This document shows, piece after piece, positions 46,880 to 55,597 of a DNA stretch of 64,000 bases. The position numbers were made by a program, and so were the translations under genes. The stretch is taken from contig PLWQ01000019.1 in NCBI GenBank assembly GCA_003165595.1, positions 11,341-75,340 of the forward strand, written 5' to 3'. Position 1 is the stretch's first letter; every line of letters starts with the position of its first letter. This DNA is from Fibrobacterota bacterium (GTDB lineage: Bacteria; Fibrobacterota; Chitinivibrionia; Chitinivibrionales; FEN-1185). Under the pieces are notes generated by a model. The model saw only the letters and a list, made by a program, of their open reading frames with translations, did not search any database and had not been told where the DNA came from.

Positions 46880-48219
46880 CGGTTTGAACCCGGTTTTTTC
46901 ATCAGGTTGGCCAATTTTCCCGCGCAATATATGGGCAGCATACGGCGGTTGCCTCTGAGTTCGCTGTTTCTGGCGGAAAGAATGTACGAGCGCCCCGGCC
47001 GAAAACGATTTTCATAAACTCCCAGGCTTTTCGAATGCGTTACCCGGCCCGATTTGACTTCGATCGGAACTATTCCCTGCACGGTATCAACCACAAATTC
47101 TATTTCGGCAGTTTTTCCCTGCCAACAATATAGTTCGGAAAAACCTGCGGCTCTCAGTTCCTGGGCGACAAAATTTTCAGCCACGTATCCCTGATAACTG
47201 CCGAAGCCATAGTGCAGAAAATTTCCCGGTTGTATATCACTGACCGCGCCCAGTATTCCAACGTCAAACATGTAGAGTTTAAAATTATTCTCCGATGCAC
47301 AAGCGGAAAGGGGAACGGCTGTCTGTTCGATAATGGATGTATTAATAATCAGACCCGCGCTCTTAAGCCAGCTTATCGGTCCGGACAACCGCTCAAAGCC
47401 GCGCATTCCCCGAACAGCGTCTTTGAACCTGAATTTTGGGGCGGATCCATCGATGTTTCTGGCAAGCTGCTGCGGGACATTGCGCCATAGCCGTTCTATA
47501 TGGAGCGCGTTTGGTTTTCCGCTGTGCTTCGCGATGTCTGCGAGATAGGCATGAAAAATATCCCGCTGCATCCTCCTGACCAGATTCGTTGCTTCGAACA
47601 GGTTGGCTCTGTTGGCCGCGTACTCCTTTACAACCGCGGGAAGACCTCCCACGACAAGGTACTGTTTCCACAGTTCCCAAAGCCGGTCGTGGGCAATCGC
47701 CGGATAGTGTTCTTCCGGGTCATGATCGCGTACGAGAATGAAAAGTTCCTCTTCACCCGCCCCTTCGAGAAACTCCGAGAAATTCATTGGCTGCAAGTCG
47801 AGGAACGTTACTTTGCCTACGGGAAAAGATTCGGCATCAAAAATCACGCCAAGCAGCGAGCCGGCGGCGCAAAGCGCAAGGCGGGGGGCCTCTTCGCAGA
47901 AGTATTTCAAACTCGTAAGCGCGCGTCCGCAACGCTGGATCTCGTCGAAAATAACAAGGTCGGATGCCGGATCAATATTCCGGTTAAAGTAGAAACGCAG
48001 TTCATCCATGATACGCTGCGGCCGCAGGTCGCCATCAAATATCCGGGAAATCCGTTCGTCTTCTTCAAAATTTACGTAATGGAAATTCTTGAATTCGTTT
48101 TCACCGAATTCTTTGAGGGAATATGTTTTCCCGACCTGGCGCGCTCCGCGAAGGATGAGCGGTTTGCGATTCGCGGAGTTCTTCCATTCTGACAGGCTTT
48201 TCAGGATTTCTCGCTTCAT
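46876..48219 (-). CDS. AAA-family ATPase with C-terminal DUF4143 domain
   Basis: Start MKREILKSL. Walker A GARQVGKT, Walker B LVIFDEIQ. The C-terminal region is typical of the AAA_14/DUF4143 architecture. Confidence 0.85.
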   Translation of the reverse strand: MKREILKSLSEWKNSANRKPLILRGARQVGKTYSLKEFGENEFKNFHYVNFEEDERISRIFDGDLRPQRIMDELRFYFNRNIDPASDLVIFDEIQRCGRALTSLKYFCEEAPRLALCAAGSLLGVIFDAESFPVGKVTFLDLQPMNFSEFLEGAGEEELFILVRDHDPEEHYPAIAHDRLWELWKQYLVVGGLPAVVKEYAANRANLFEATNLVRRMQRDIFHAYLADIAKHSGKPNALHIERLWRNVPQQLARNIDGSAPKFRFKDAVRGMRGFERLSGPISWLKSAGLIINTSIIEQTAVPLSACASENNFKLYMFDVGILGAVSDIQPGNFLHYGFGSYQGYVAENFVAQELRAAGFSELYCWQGKTAEIEFVVDTVQGIVPIEVKSGRVTHSKSLGVYENRFRPGRSYILSARNSELRGNRRMLPIYCAGKLANLMKKPGSNR

Positions 48220-48466
48220 GTTGCATAATATACCATCGACGGGTATTTTTGGCAAGCAAATAGTGCTTGCTTATGGTATTTTCGGCAACCAAAGAGCAGT
48301 TTGCGGATCGGTATGGTGGTAGGTGCTGTCACACGCGCCTATTAAACAATGCTACCGCTAGAAGGTGGTTAGTATTTTTATTGAGGTGGCACCTTACATC
48401 CACCCCTTAGCTCGATTATCGTTTCTCGGAAAGAACCTGCACCTGAAAAACCGGCCCTTTCCGGAT

Positions 48467-48649
48467 TTGACAATGGCGGGCGGAAATGCCTATATTTTCC
48501 CGTGAGGCCGTTCAAAATACGGCGATGGCGACGCTTCGAAGTACCCGAAGGGGTAATGCGGGGGAAACCGGGGAAATATTTGAGCGTCTGTAAAGAAACG
48601 GTTTTTATACACCCACCCGCTTGCGAAAAGAGCAATTACCTATCAGATT
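48467..48649 (+). repeat. Direct repeat A (promoter plus leader), 183 bp
   Basis: Starts at TTGACA-18 bp-TATATT (48467-48496). The 3' portion of about 95 nt, GGGAAACCGGGGAAATATTTGAGCGTCTGTAAAGAAAC...AGCAATTACCTATCAGATT, is near-identical to 49984-50072. Confidence 0.85.
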
Positions 48650-48652
48650 CCC

Positions 48653-48838
48653 ATGGCTGGTGCAAATGAAGGATGGGCAACGCTCGCTAGAAATCTACGG
48701 GGGGAAATAGACGAAGAGAAGATTGAAGCTTTCAAGGAAACAGTACCACTACCTTTTGAACTTGGTAGTAGAAAACAGGTTGCCATCAAGATCGTCGATG
48801 ACCGCGGCATCGAAAGTTTAAAAATTATCAGACTGTAG
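48653..48838 (+). pseudogene. 3'-terminal remnant of a DNA methyltransferase (type III mod-like) gene
   Basis: Only 61 codons. The ending [21 protein letters not shown] resembles the conserved C-terminus of N6/N4 DNA methylases. The fragment starts 4 nt after repeat A. Confidence 0.5.
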
Positions 48839-48849
48839 AGGATGTGGAT

Positions 48850-49701
48850 ATGAATTCCGGGATAGCTCTTTTTGAAAATTTTAAGATTCGGCGAATTTAT
48901 GATGAAAAAGCTGTAGAATGGTTTTTCTCCGTTGTGGACATCCTTCAAGTATTGCTCCAACAGCCGGATTATCAGGCTGCCAGAAATTACTGGAAGGTGT
49001 TGAAAAACCGATTAAGAAAAGAAGGCAGCGAGTCGGTTACAAAATGTAACCGACTGAAATTATCGGCTGCCGACGGCAAAAGCTACCTTACGGACGTGGC
49101 CGACGCTGAAACCCTCCTTCGGATTATTCAAACTGTTCCAAGTCCTAAAGCCGAACCGGTGAAGTTATGGCTGGCTAAGGTCGGATACGAACGGCTGCAG
49201 GACATGGCCGATCCGGCCCGATCCGTTGACCGCGCGCGGGAATACTGGCAGCAGCGCGGGCGAAGTGAAAAATGGATTCAACAGCGCATGATGGGGCAGG
49301 AAACCCGCAATAAGTTGACAGATTATTGGAAAGATCACGAGATTAAGGAAGAATCTGAATATGCAATTTTAACCAATATCATCCACAAGGAGTGGTCGGG
49401 CATATCGGTCCAGAAGCACAAACAAATAAAAGGTTTGAAAGACCAGAACCTCCGCGATCACATGAACGAAGCAGAATTGATTTTCACAGCCCTTGCCGAA
49501 CTTTCTACCCGTCAATTTGCCGAAAGTATTCAAGCTACCGGAATGACGGAAAATGCCGATGCCGGTAAAAAGGGCGGTGGAGTCGCACGACGGGCGCGAA
49601 AAGACCTTGAGGATAAAACGGGCAGAAAAGTCGTAACCGGTGAGAATTTTCTTCCTCCAGCCCAATCCCGAAAAATGATAGATGAAAAGGACCGGAAATA
49701 G
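48850..49701 (+). CDS. Bro-N / DinD-like (DNA-damage-inducible protein D family) protein
   Basis: Bro-N-like N-terminus [28 protein letters not shown], then a DinD-like region [21 protein letters not shown]...[25 protein letters not shown]. Confidence 0.75.
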   Translation: MNSGIALFENFKIRRIYDEKAVEWFFSVVDILQVLLQQPDYQAARNYWKVLKNRLRKEGSESVTKCNRLKLSAADGKSYLTDVADAETLLRIIQTVPSPKAEPVKLWLAKVGYERLQDMADPARSVDRAREYWQQRGRSEKWIQQRMMGQETRNKLTDYWKDHEIKEESEYAILTNIIHKEWSGISVQKHKQIKGLKDQNLRDHMNEAELIFTALAELSTRQFAESIQATGMTENADAGKKGGGVARRARKDLEDKTGRKVVTGENFLPPAQSRKMIDEKDRK

Positions 49702-49702
49702 C

Positions 49703-49860
49703 ATGACTCAAACCATAGACAAACTCATCGTAAATACCCCCTACAAAGAACCGGTGGGCTCTGGAAAGAACAGTCGCCGCGTCCGCCGCCGGAAGATAAG
49801 CCGCCGCCTGAGGTCAAAGAGTCGGTCCTCGACTACGAATTCATTGAGAAAACATGCGCC
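49703..49860 (+). pseudogene. 5'-terminal remnant of a type III restriction (res) helicase gene, frameshifted/truncated
   Basis: MTQTIDKLIVNTPYKEP resembles the conserved Res N-terminus (..LI.NSPY.EP..HW). The frame decays after about 14 codons, and an RW-containing continuation appears only in another frame. Confidence 0.4.
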
Positions 49861-49917
49861 TGACATCCTCGAATATTTTTTGCTTGCACCGGAGCCACGA
49901 GACGGGTATACACAGAA

Positions 49918-50072
49918 TTGACAATTGGCAGCGGAAATACCTATATTTTTCCTTGAAGCCAATCAAGATGCGCACGGAGTAAGCGGGAAACCGGGGAAAT
50001 ATTTGAGCGTCTGTAAAGAAACCGTTTTTATACACCCACCCACTTGCGAAAAAAGCAATTACCTATCAGATT
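49918..50072 (+). repeat. Direct repeat B (promoter plus leader), 155 bp
   Basis: TTGACA-18 bp-TATATT (49918-49947), followed by the same leader as repeat A. It ends 17 nt before the ATG at 50090. Confidence 0.85.
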
Positions 50073-50089
50073 GAGAGGTTCCCGACAAC

Positions 50090-50590
50090 ATGGACAAAGC
50101 GCCCCTACTTTCCAGACAGGAAATCATCGATTTTGCATCGCGGTATACTTCTCCGGAGGAGGTCGTCGATTTTCCCCACGACGGCGACCTGTTCTGCCTG
50201 TTGCAACGCGCGTTGCCGGACAACGCCGTGCTCGCGGACGACAAGGGATGGACGTTTGCGGGATATGGAATATGCTCCGGCTACGCAATTGATGAGACGG
50301 AAATACCCGCAGGCAAATGGCTGTGGATGCGTTTTGTGAGCCTGGCGGCGTTCCCGCCGACTTCGCAGACGCTCAAGCTTCAGCCACCCCATATTGCCAA
50401 GGGACGGTTTCAGAGCCCGGACCGCAAAATCGAGTTCCGCATTCTAAAGATCGCAACCGGACAGGACCCCGGAGCCGTGCGCGACCGCGAAGCGGTTGCA
50501 CGGGGGCGAATCGGGAAAAGAAAATCAGGAGAACGCCATACGGGAAAAATTGTCGCGTTCCGGAAGAAGGTCGACGCAAAGCGTGAATAG
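50090..50590 (+). CDS. Hypothetical protein (166 aa) with a basic C-terminal tail
   Basis: ORF directly downstream of repeat B and followed by a strong terminator. No recognised family. Confidence 0.5.
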   Translation: MDKAPLLSRQEIIDFASRYTSPEEVVDFPHDGDLFCLLQRALPDNAVLADDKGWTFAGYGICSGYAIDETEIPAGKWLWMRFVSLAAFPPTSQTLKLQPPHIAKGRFQSPDRKIEFRILKIATGQDPGAVRDREAVARGRIGKRKSGERHTGKIVAFRKKVDAKRE

Positions 50591-50618
50591 AAAAAGGCCC
50601 GCGCAGGCGGGCCTTTTT
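50591..50618. terminator. Bidirectional rho-independent terminator
   Basis: AAAAA-GGCCCGC-GCAG-GCGGGCC-TTTTT between convergent genes. Confidence 0.85.
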
Positions 50619-50642
50619 CATGCAGCACCGGCAATGTGCCGG

Positions 50643-51683
50643 CTACTTTGCAATATGGATGTCCGGCCACCGGTCGTTCCCCGTATGGAACGTCAACCGT
50701 ACCGCGTCCTTCTGCGGTGTGCCGATTTTCCATACATATACTTCGTAGTCGTAAATGTCGTGTTCCTGACCGTAAATGGTTGCGCACCAGACCATCCACT
50801 GGCCGTCGGAACTTATCGTGGGGAAGTACTCGTGCGAGCGGCGTCCGGGCAGATCCATGAACCGGAATTTGTTGTCGATGGAGACGCCCCCCGGAATGGC
50901 AAGAGGTTTTCCATTGTCGTCAAGATCGAACTTGAGTTCTTCGGTGCTGCCGTTGCCCTGACCTTCGTTCATCCTCACCACCGATTTGTTATCGGGGAAC
51001 CAGCTGATTTCGCATCCTGCGCCGGTGGTGTACCATTCTTTCTTTTCAAAATTCCAGATGCCGGTCTGACGCGTGGTGCCGCGGAGGGTTATCGCAAGAA
51101 ACTTGCCGCTGGGCGACATTTCAGGTTGCTGCGCCCAGGTACTCTTCTTGAACTGTTTCTCCGCGTCGAAAATTTCCTTTTCCTCATTGGTGGCAAGGCA
51201 CTTGATAAACACCTTTGACGCCCGCGCAAAGACGATGGAATCGCCCGTTGGCCGCCAGGTACCCCATACCGCGCCCTCGGCCACTTTCTTTTCTCCGGTG
51301 CCATCGGGCTTGACGGTCCACAGGTCCCATTTGTCGTTCATTTCCGCGTCGTTCTCGGCGGCCCAGCCGGACTTACTCCGGCAGAAAAGGATTGTGGCGC
51401 CATCGGGTGAAAATCGCGGGAACCAATCGACGTTATCCGGACTGTTGGTGACCGGTTTCAGGTCGGTGCCGTCCGCGTTCATAATCCAGATATCGTGCTT
51501 GGAATGAACACGGGACGTGGACCAGCAGATTTTGCCGGTTATTTTTCCCTTGAGACCGTCAAGCGCCTTCTGTTCGTCCTTTGTGGGCTGGACCGTGGCG
51601 CCGGTCGGGGCTTCCTGGGCCCGCACGAAAAGGGAAAAAGAGACGATAGCGCACCCGACAATCAAAAGTAAACGCTTGTTCAT
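50643..51683 (-). CDS. Periplasmic TolB-like beta-propeller (PD40/WD40-like repeat) protein
   Basis: Signal peptide MNKRLLLIVGCAIVSFSLFVRA. Repeated PD40-like units (W.MNADGTDLKPVT, PRFSPDGATILF, LWTVKPDGTGEKKV, MSPSGKFLA, SSDGQWMVW). Confidence 0.8.
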   Translation of the reverse strand: MNKRLLLIVGCAIVSFSLFVRAQEAPTGATVQPTKDEQKALDGLKGKITGKICWSTSRVHSKHDIWIMNADGTDLKPVTNSPDNVDWFPRFSPDGATILFCRSKSGWAAENDAEMNDKWDLWTVKPDGTGEKKVAEGAVWGTWRPTGDSIVFARASKVFIKCLATNEEKEIFDAEKQFKKSTWAQQPEMSPSGKFLAITLRGTTRQTGIWNFEKKEWYTTGAGCEISWFPDNKSVVRMNEGQGNGSTEELKFDLDDNGKPLAIPGGVSIDNKFRFMDLPGRRSHEYFPTISSDGQWMVWCATIYGQEHDIYDYEVYVWKIGTPQKDAVRLTFHTGNDRWPDIHIAK

Positions 51684-51797
51684 GAGTCTCTCCTCTACGG
51701 TTAATGGTTATCGGTTTATTTCCAGGAATTGAACGTATTGCAATTTCGAACTGTCAACCATCAAAACTTCAACTTCTCAACCCTTCAACTTTTGGTT

Positions 51798-53804
51798 CTA
51801 TTTCATTTCTAGCGGCTGCCACAACTGGCTGTAATTAAATAAATCGCGCGCCACCATCATGTAGATAACAACTCGTTTCTTGTCGAGGTTGTTCTTGCGT
51901 GCGCGGTAGAATTTGTCGCGCACGAGCGGACCGCCGCCCCAACTTGTAACGATGTCGAGCGGAATGCCAGTATTGGCGGAGATGTGCGCGCCAACGCCGG
52001 CGGCTTTGCAATCGATAAGCTCGAACACGCCGGTAAAGCTGTCGCCGATGAGCATGACGGGCGATTCCGGATTGGCGCCTTTGTACAGCGAACCATCCGG
52101 ATTGTGCACCTGCTTCGCGGCGATTTCAACTGCCGGGAATGCTGTCTTGTCGGCTTCTGCGAGTTTGTCAACAAGATCACCCTGGCGCATGAACGATGTG
52201 TCTTTCACAGTGAAGGACACATCGTTTTTTGAAAGGCCCGGATACCACGAATATTGCCTGATGCGGTCGGCGATAAGCTTCGCGGCGATTTCGAGGCCGC
52301 GGTCGGTCCAGTGGGTGTCCTGTCGCTGGTACAACGCTTCCTTATTCTTTGGATCATCCTTCTTTGCCGCGAGAAAAGAGGGGAGGAGATCGACAACCTC
52401 CACGCCCGCGTTCTGCAGGTCGTGCAGGAACTTTCTAGCGTACGGATTGACAATTCCGTACTCATCCTTGGGCGGGTTGTCTACGGGCAGTTTGTCGAAG
52501 TAGACGTCGGATTTGTTTGGCACCGGGACAAAGAGAAGCGAAATGTTTTTGCTCTTGAGGAATTTTGCGAATTCAACGAGGTGCGGGATGGGGTTCTTGT
52601 CGGCCGCCTGCAGCGACATGTCGCCGCAATTGAGGTAGGACACTTCGCCGCGGAAGAACAGCCAGTCGTTTTTACCCTTGAACCCCATTTGCTTTTCGGG
52701 CAGCGATTTCACGAAGGAGGCCGCAGCAAGCCGGAACGGCTCGTCTTTTTTCGCCCAGGACGCGTAATCGCCGAAGGTCTTGACTTCCGAATCGAACCGT
52801 GCATTGTTGTCCTTGAAGGCGGCCGAGACCGAAGCGTCGAACGGCACGGGCGGGGCCGTTTGCTGAGCCGCAGGCGCCGCGTTCACAGCGGGCTTCTCTT
52901 CCTTGAAATCAACAAGAAATACGTTGTAGAGGATGGTTCCGTAGGGATTGCCGCGAATGACCACCAGGGGGTTTTTAGCCGTGTATCCCTTGAGTTCCCC
53001 GATCGCATCCTTGTCGGCGTCAGGCGTGGGCCATTGCGACTGGCCGGTAAGGTCCACCACATCCGTGTTGAGCTTCGGGTACCAGTAGGAGGCAAGCAGG
53101 TTTGCCCAATCCACCACTTGGTCTTTTGTCAACACGGTTCTGGTATAGTCGTTGCGGATCCAGTCGAACGCTTTTTGACGCAGTGTCTTGTCCACATTGT
53201 CCAATACAAGGCGGCCGTAGATCTCGTGAAAACCGTCTTTTGCCTCGTCGGGAATGCCCGGGTCCAGGAATTTGACCCAAGGCTTGAATTCGATCTTCAC
53301 CCATACCTGCGTACTGTCGCCCCGGCCGTGCAGGTAGACGGCGGCGATCTCCTGATAGGCCATGAACACGTCTGGGTCGGCCCATTTTTCGCCGTTTATC
53401 TTTGCGCCCACCTTTGAGAAGGCATCGGATTTTGTGATTTCCCACAGCTTGTTTTGGAGCGGATCCCATGCCATCGGCATATCTTTTTCTGCGGCCGATA
53501 GAGGCGTTTGCGAAAGTGAAACGCACGCCGAAGCCAGCGCGCCGCCGAAGGTGAGGTTGGTGATGCCAACTTTCCTTGCAGGCTTTTTCGGCGTTACCGC
53601 CTGGTGATCGAACCGGATCGGGTTCGCCGTGTATGCCGCATAGTCGAGGTTCGCGAGCGTCGGCGTCGCGATTGTGCGGATCATGACGCGCGAGGTCACT
53701 CGATTGTAGTTCTTGAGTACGGTTTCAAACGGTGCAGCGGACAGCGAACCGAAGATAGCCGCACCTGCGGTGATAAGCGCGATTGCCTTGGCGTGTCGAA
53801 TCAT
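51798..53804 (-). CDS. AlgX/AlgJ-like SGNH O-acetyltransferase (DHHW family) with a large N-terminal extension
   Basis: C-terminal half carries LYQRQDTHWTDRG and VMLIGDSFTGVF, which are AlgX_N/AlgJ-type catalytic blocks. Signal peptide present. Confidence 0.8.
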   Translation of the reverse strand: MIRHAKAIALITAGAAIFGSLSAAPFETVLKNYNRVTSRVMIRTIATPTLANLDYAAYTANPIRFDHQAVTPKKPARKVGITNLTFGGALASACVSLSQTPLSAAEKDMPMAWDPLQNKLWEITKSDAFSKVGAKINGEKWADPDVFMAYQEIAAVYLHGRGDSTQVWVKIEFKPWVKFLDPGIPDEAKDGFHEIYGRLVLDNVDKTLRQKAFDWIRNDYTRTVLTKDQVVDWANLLASYWYPKLNTDVVDLTGQSQWPTPDADKDAIGELKGYTAKNPLVVIRGNPYGTILYNVFLVDFKEEKPAVNAAPAAQQTAPPVPFDASVSAAFKDNNARFDSEVKTFGDYASWAKKDEPFRLAAASFVKSLPEKQMGFKGKNDWLFFRGEVSYLNCGDMSLQAADKNPIPHLVEFAKFLKSKNISLLFVPVPNKSDVYFDKLPVDNPPKDEYGIVNPYARKFLHDLQNAGVEVVDLLPSFLAAKKDDPKNKEALYQRQDTHWTDRGLEIAAKLIADRIRQYSWYPGLSKNDVSFTVKDTSFMRQGDLVDKLAEADKTAFPAVEIAAKQVHNPDGSLYKGANPESPVMLIGDSFTGVFELIDCKAAGVGAHISANTGIPLDIVTSWGGGPLVRDKFYRARKNNLDKKRVVIYMMVARDLFNYSQLWQPLEMK

Positions 53805-53819
53805 TAGGGGTGCCCTTTC

Positions 53820-55460
53820 TTACTGTTTTGATGCCACGGTGAGGGGAACGTCTTGCCAGCCTTCGTTTCCATATCTAAAATCGCGTTCGACGATTTCCCA
53901 GACAACAAGTTTCTTTCCCTTGAGCAGGCCGGGTTTTCGCGCCAGCGACTCGCGGACCAGCGTGGATGCGCCGCCATCGCTCACGATGGAGGTGATGGGC
54001 TGTTTGAGCTCCAGCGCGATGTGGGAAATCCATCCCGCCGATCTGGGCTCGTCGGACTGATAAATGCGCGAGTAGCTGTCGCCGAGGAGAACCACCTGCG
54101 CGTTCTTCGGATCGTCTTTGTAAAGGTGACGTTCCGTTTCGTTGCCTTTGTCGTCGCGTGCCACCTGATACACCTGATAACATTTCGTCCTTTCGGTGGG
54201 AAAACTGAGCGCAAGTTCGTGGACCTTTACGGACGGGAGCGTTGTCATAACGCCCACGTCGCCAACGCGGTCGATAAAAGTGGAATCGACAACATATTCC
54301 GTAGTTCCCGGGCGATACCACGAATACTGCTTGATGCGTTCGGCCACTACGTGGGCGGCGGTGCGGGCTCCGCGCGCGCGCCAGTGCGTGTCCTTCGACA
54401 GATACAGGGAATCGCCGGCGATTGAATCGTTTGCGCGTTCGGCGAGGAAGGGCGAGAAAAGATCGACCGCCTCGACGCCCGCGGCCCGCAGGTCGTTGAT
54501 TGCTTTGAGCGAGTTGCCGCGGGTTGTCACCAGGCGCGGGTCTGCATTACCCGCCAGCATGTCCGGATAAATGCTCGGCTTGCCGGGAATGATGGCAACC
54601 AGAAGATCGACGCCGAATTCGGCAAGCTGCTTCTTGAACGTGACCGCCGCTTGAATGGGGTTGTCGGAGACGACCTTGTCGTTCGGATCCACCTTGAGGG
54701 CGCGTTTGTCGAGCACGTAGGGGCGAATCAGATAATCGACATCCTGTTTGTAAAAGAACCATCCGTTCTTGCCAAGCACGCCCTTTTCGCCCAGATCCCC
54801 GTATAGGGCATACTTGAGAAAAAACATCACGGGCCTGGTTGCTGTGGTGAAAATGGAGGTGTTTTCGATTTCCTTCTCGAATGGCCGCAGGTACTTAGCG
54901 TCCCAGAAGATAACGGGCAGGTTCTTAACAATAAGGACCAGGTCGTGTGCAGGCGCGGGTTTGCGGTACTGCGCCGCAAGCCGCCCGGTGGATTCCCGCA
55001 GAATGGCAATAAAGCGCAGAGCTGCCGGCCTGTCGCCGGCGCGGAGGTTTGCCATGAGAGAATCGAACGACTGCTGGTACAGGGCGATTGCAGCGACAGG
55101 TTTCGACGACTCCGCAGCCTTCACATGGCGGTTGTAGGTGAGCAACGTCTTATGGAGTTCGGCGGCGTCAACCATGGCTTCGTCGGTCTGGGCCTGCTGC
55201 CGCTGGGAATCCCGCGCACCGGTGGAATCCGCGGGAGCGGCCGCAATTTCGGCGGAGATCGAATCGATCCTCGCGCCGATGCGGGCAATGAGGCTTCTTT
55301 CGATCGCGGCGCGTTTCACCGGCGTTAGGAACGTGTCTTCGATCAGATCGAGCACCTGGATGCGCTTGCCGCTTGTCACTTCGTAGATCGCCTGGGACAC
55401 CGGAAGCGCAAATATGATAAACAGGAAGAACAGCGTGAAAATGAACTTTGATTTTTTCAT
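53820..55460 (-). CDS. AlgJ/AlgX-like SGNH O-acetyltransferase (paralogue)
   Basis: N-terminal anchor KFIFTLFFLFIIFALPV. Catalytic blocks LYLSKDTHWRARG and VVLLGDSYSRIY. Confidence 0.8.
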   Translation of the reverse strand: MKKSKFIFTLFFLFIIFALPVSQAIYEVTSGKRIQVLDLIEDTFLTPVKRAAIERSLIARIGARIDSISAEIAAAPADSTGARDSQRQQAQTDEAMVDAAELHKTLLTYNRHVKAAESSKPVAAIALYQQSFDSLMANLRAGDRPAALRFIAILRESTGRLAAQYRKPAPAHDLVLIVKNLPVIFWDAKYLRPFEKEIENTSIFTTATRPVMFFLKYALYGDLGEKGVLGKNGWFFYKQDVDYLIRPYVLDKRALKVDPNDKVVSDNPIQAAVTFKKQLAEFGVDLLVAIIPGKPSIYPDMLAGNADPRLVTTRGNSLKAINDLRAAGVEAVDLFSPFLAERANDSIAGDSLYLSKDTHWRARGARTAAHVVAERIKQYSWYRPGTTEYVVDSTFIDRVGDVGVMTTLPSVKVHELALSFPTERTKCYQVYQVARDDKGNETERHLYKDDPKNAQVVLLGDSYSRIYQSDEPRSAGWISHIALELKQPITSIVSDGGASTLVRESLARKPGLLKGKKLVVWEIVERDFRYGNEGWQDVPLTVASKQ

Positions 55461-55597
55461 GTCGTTTGTATCTCCGGCTTAAATCCTTCGCCCGATGCAA
55501 TCGGCGAAGATAGTGAAATATTCGGACGCAAAATTTGAAATCGGTTTGTCATTTTCCTGAAATCCCGGTTATCGGTCTTCCATCCTGAAACTCCCGG

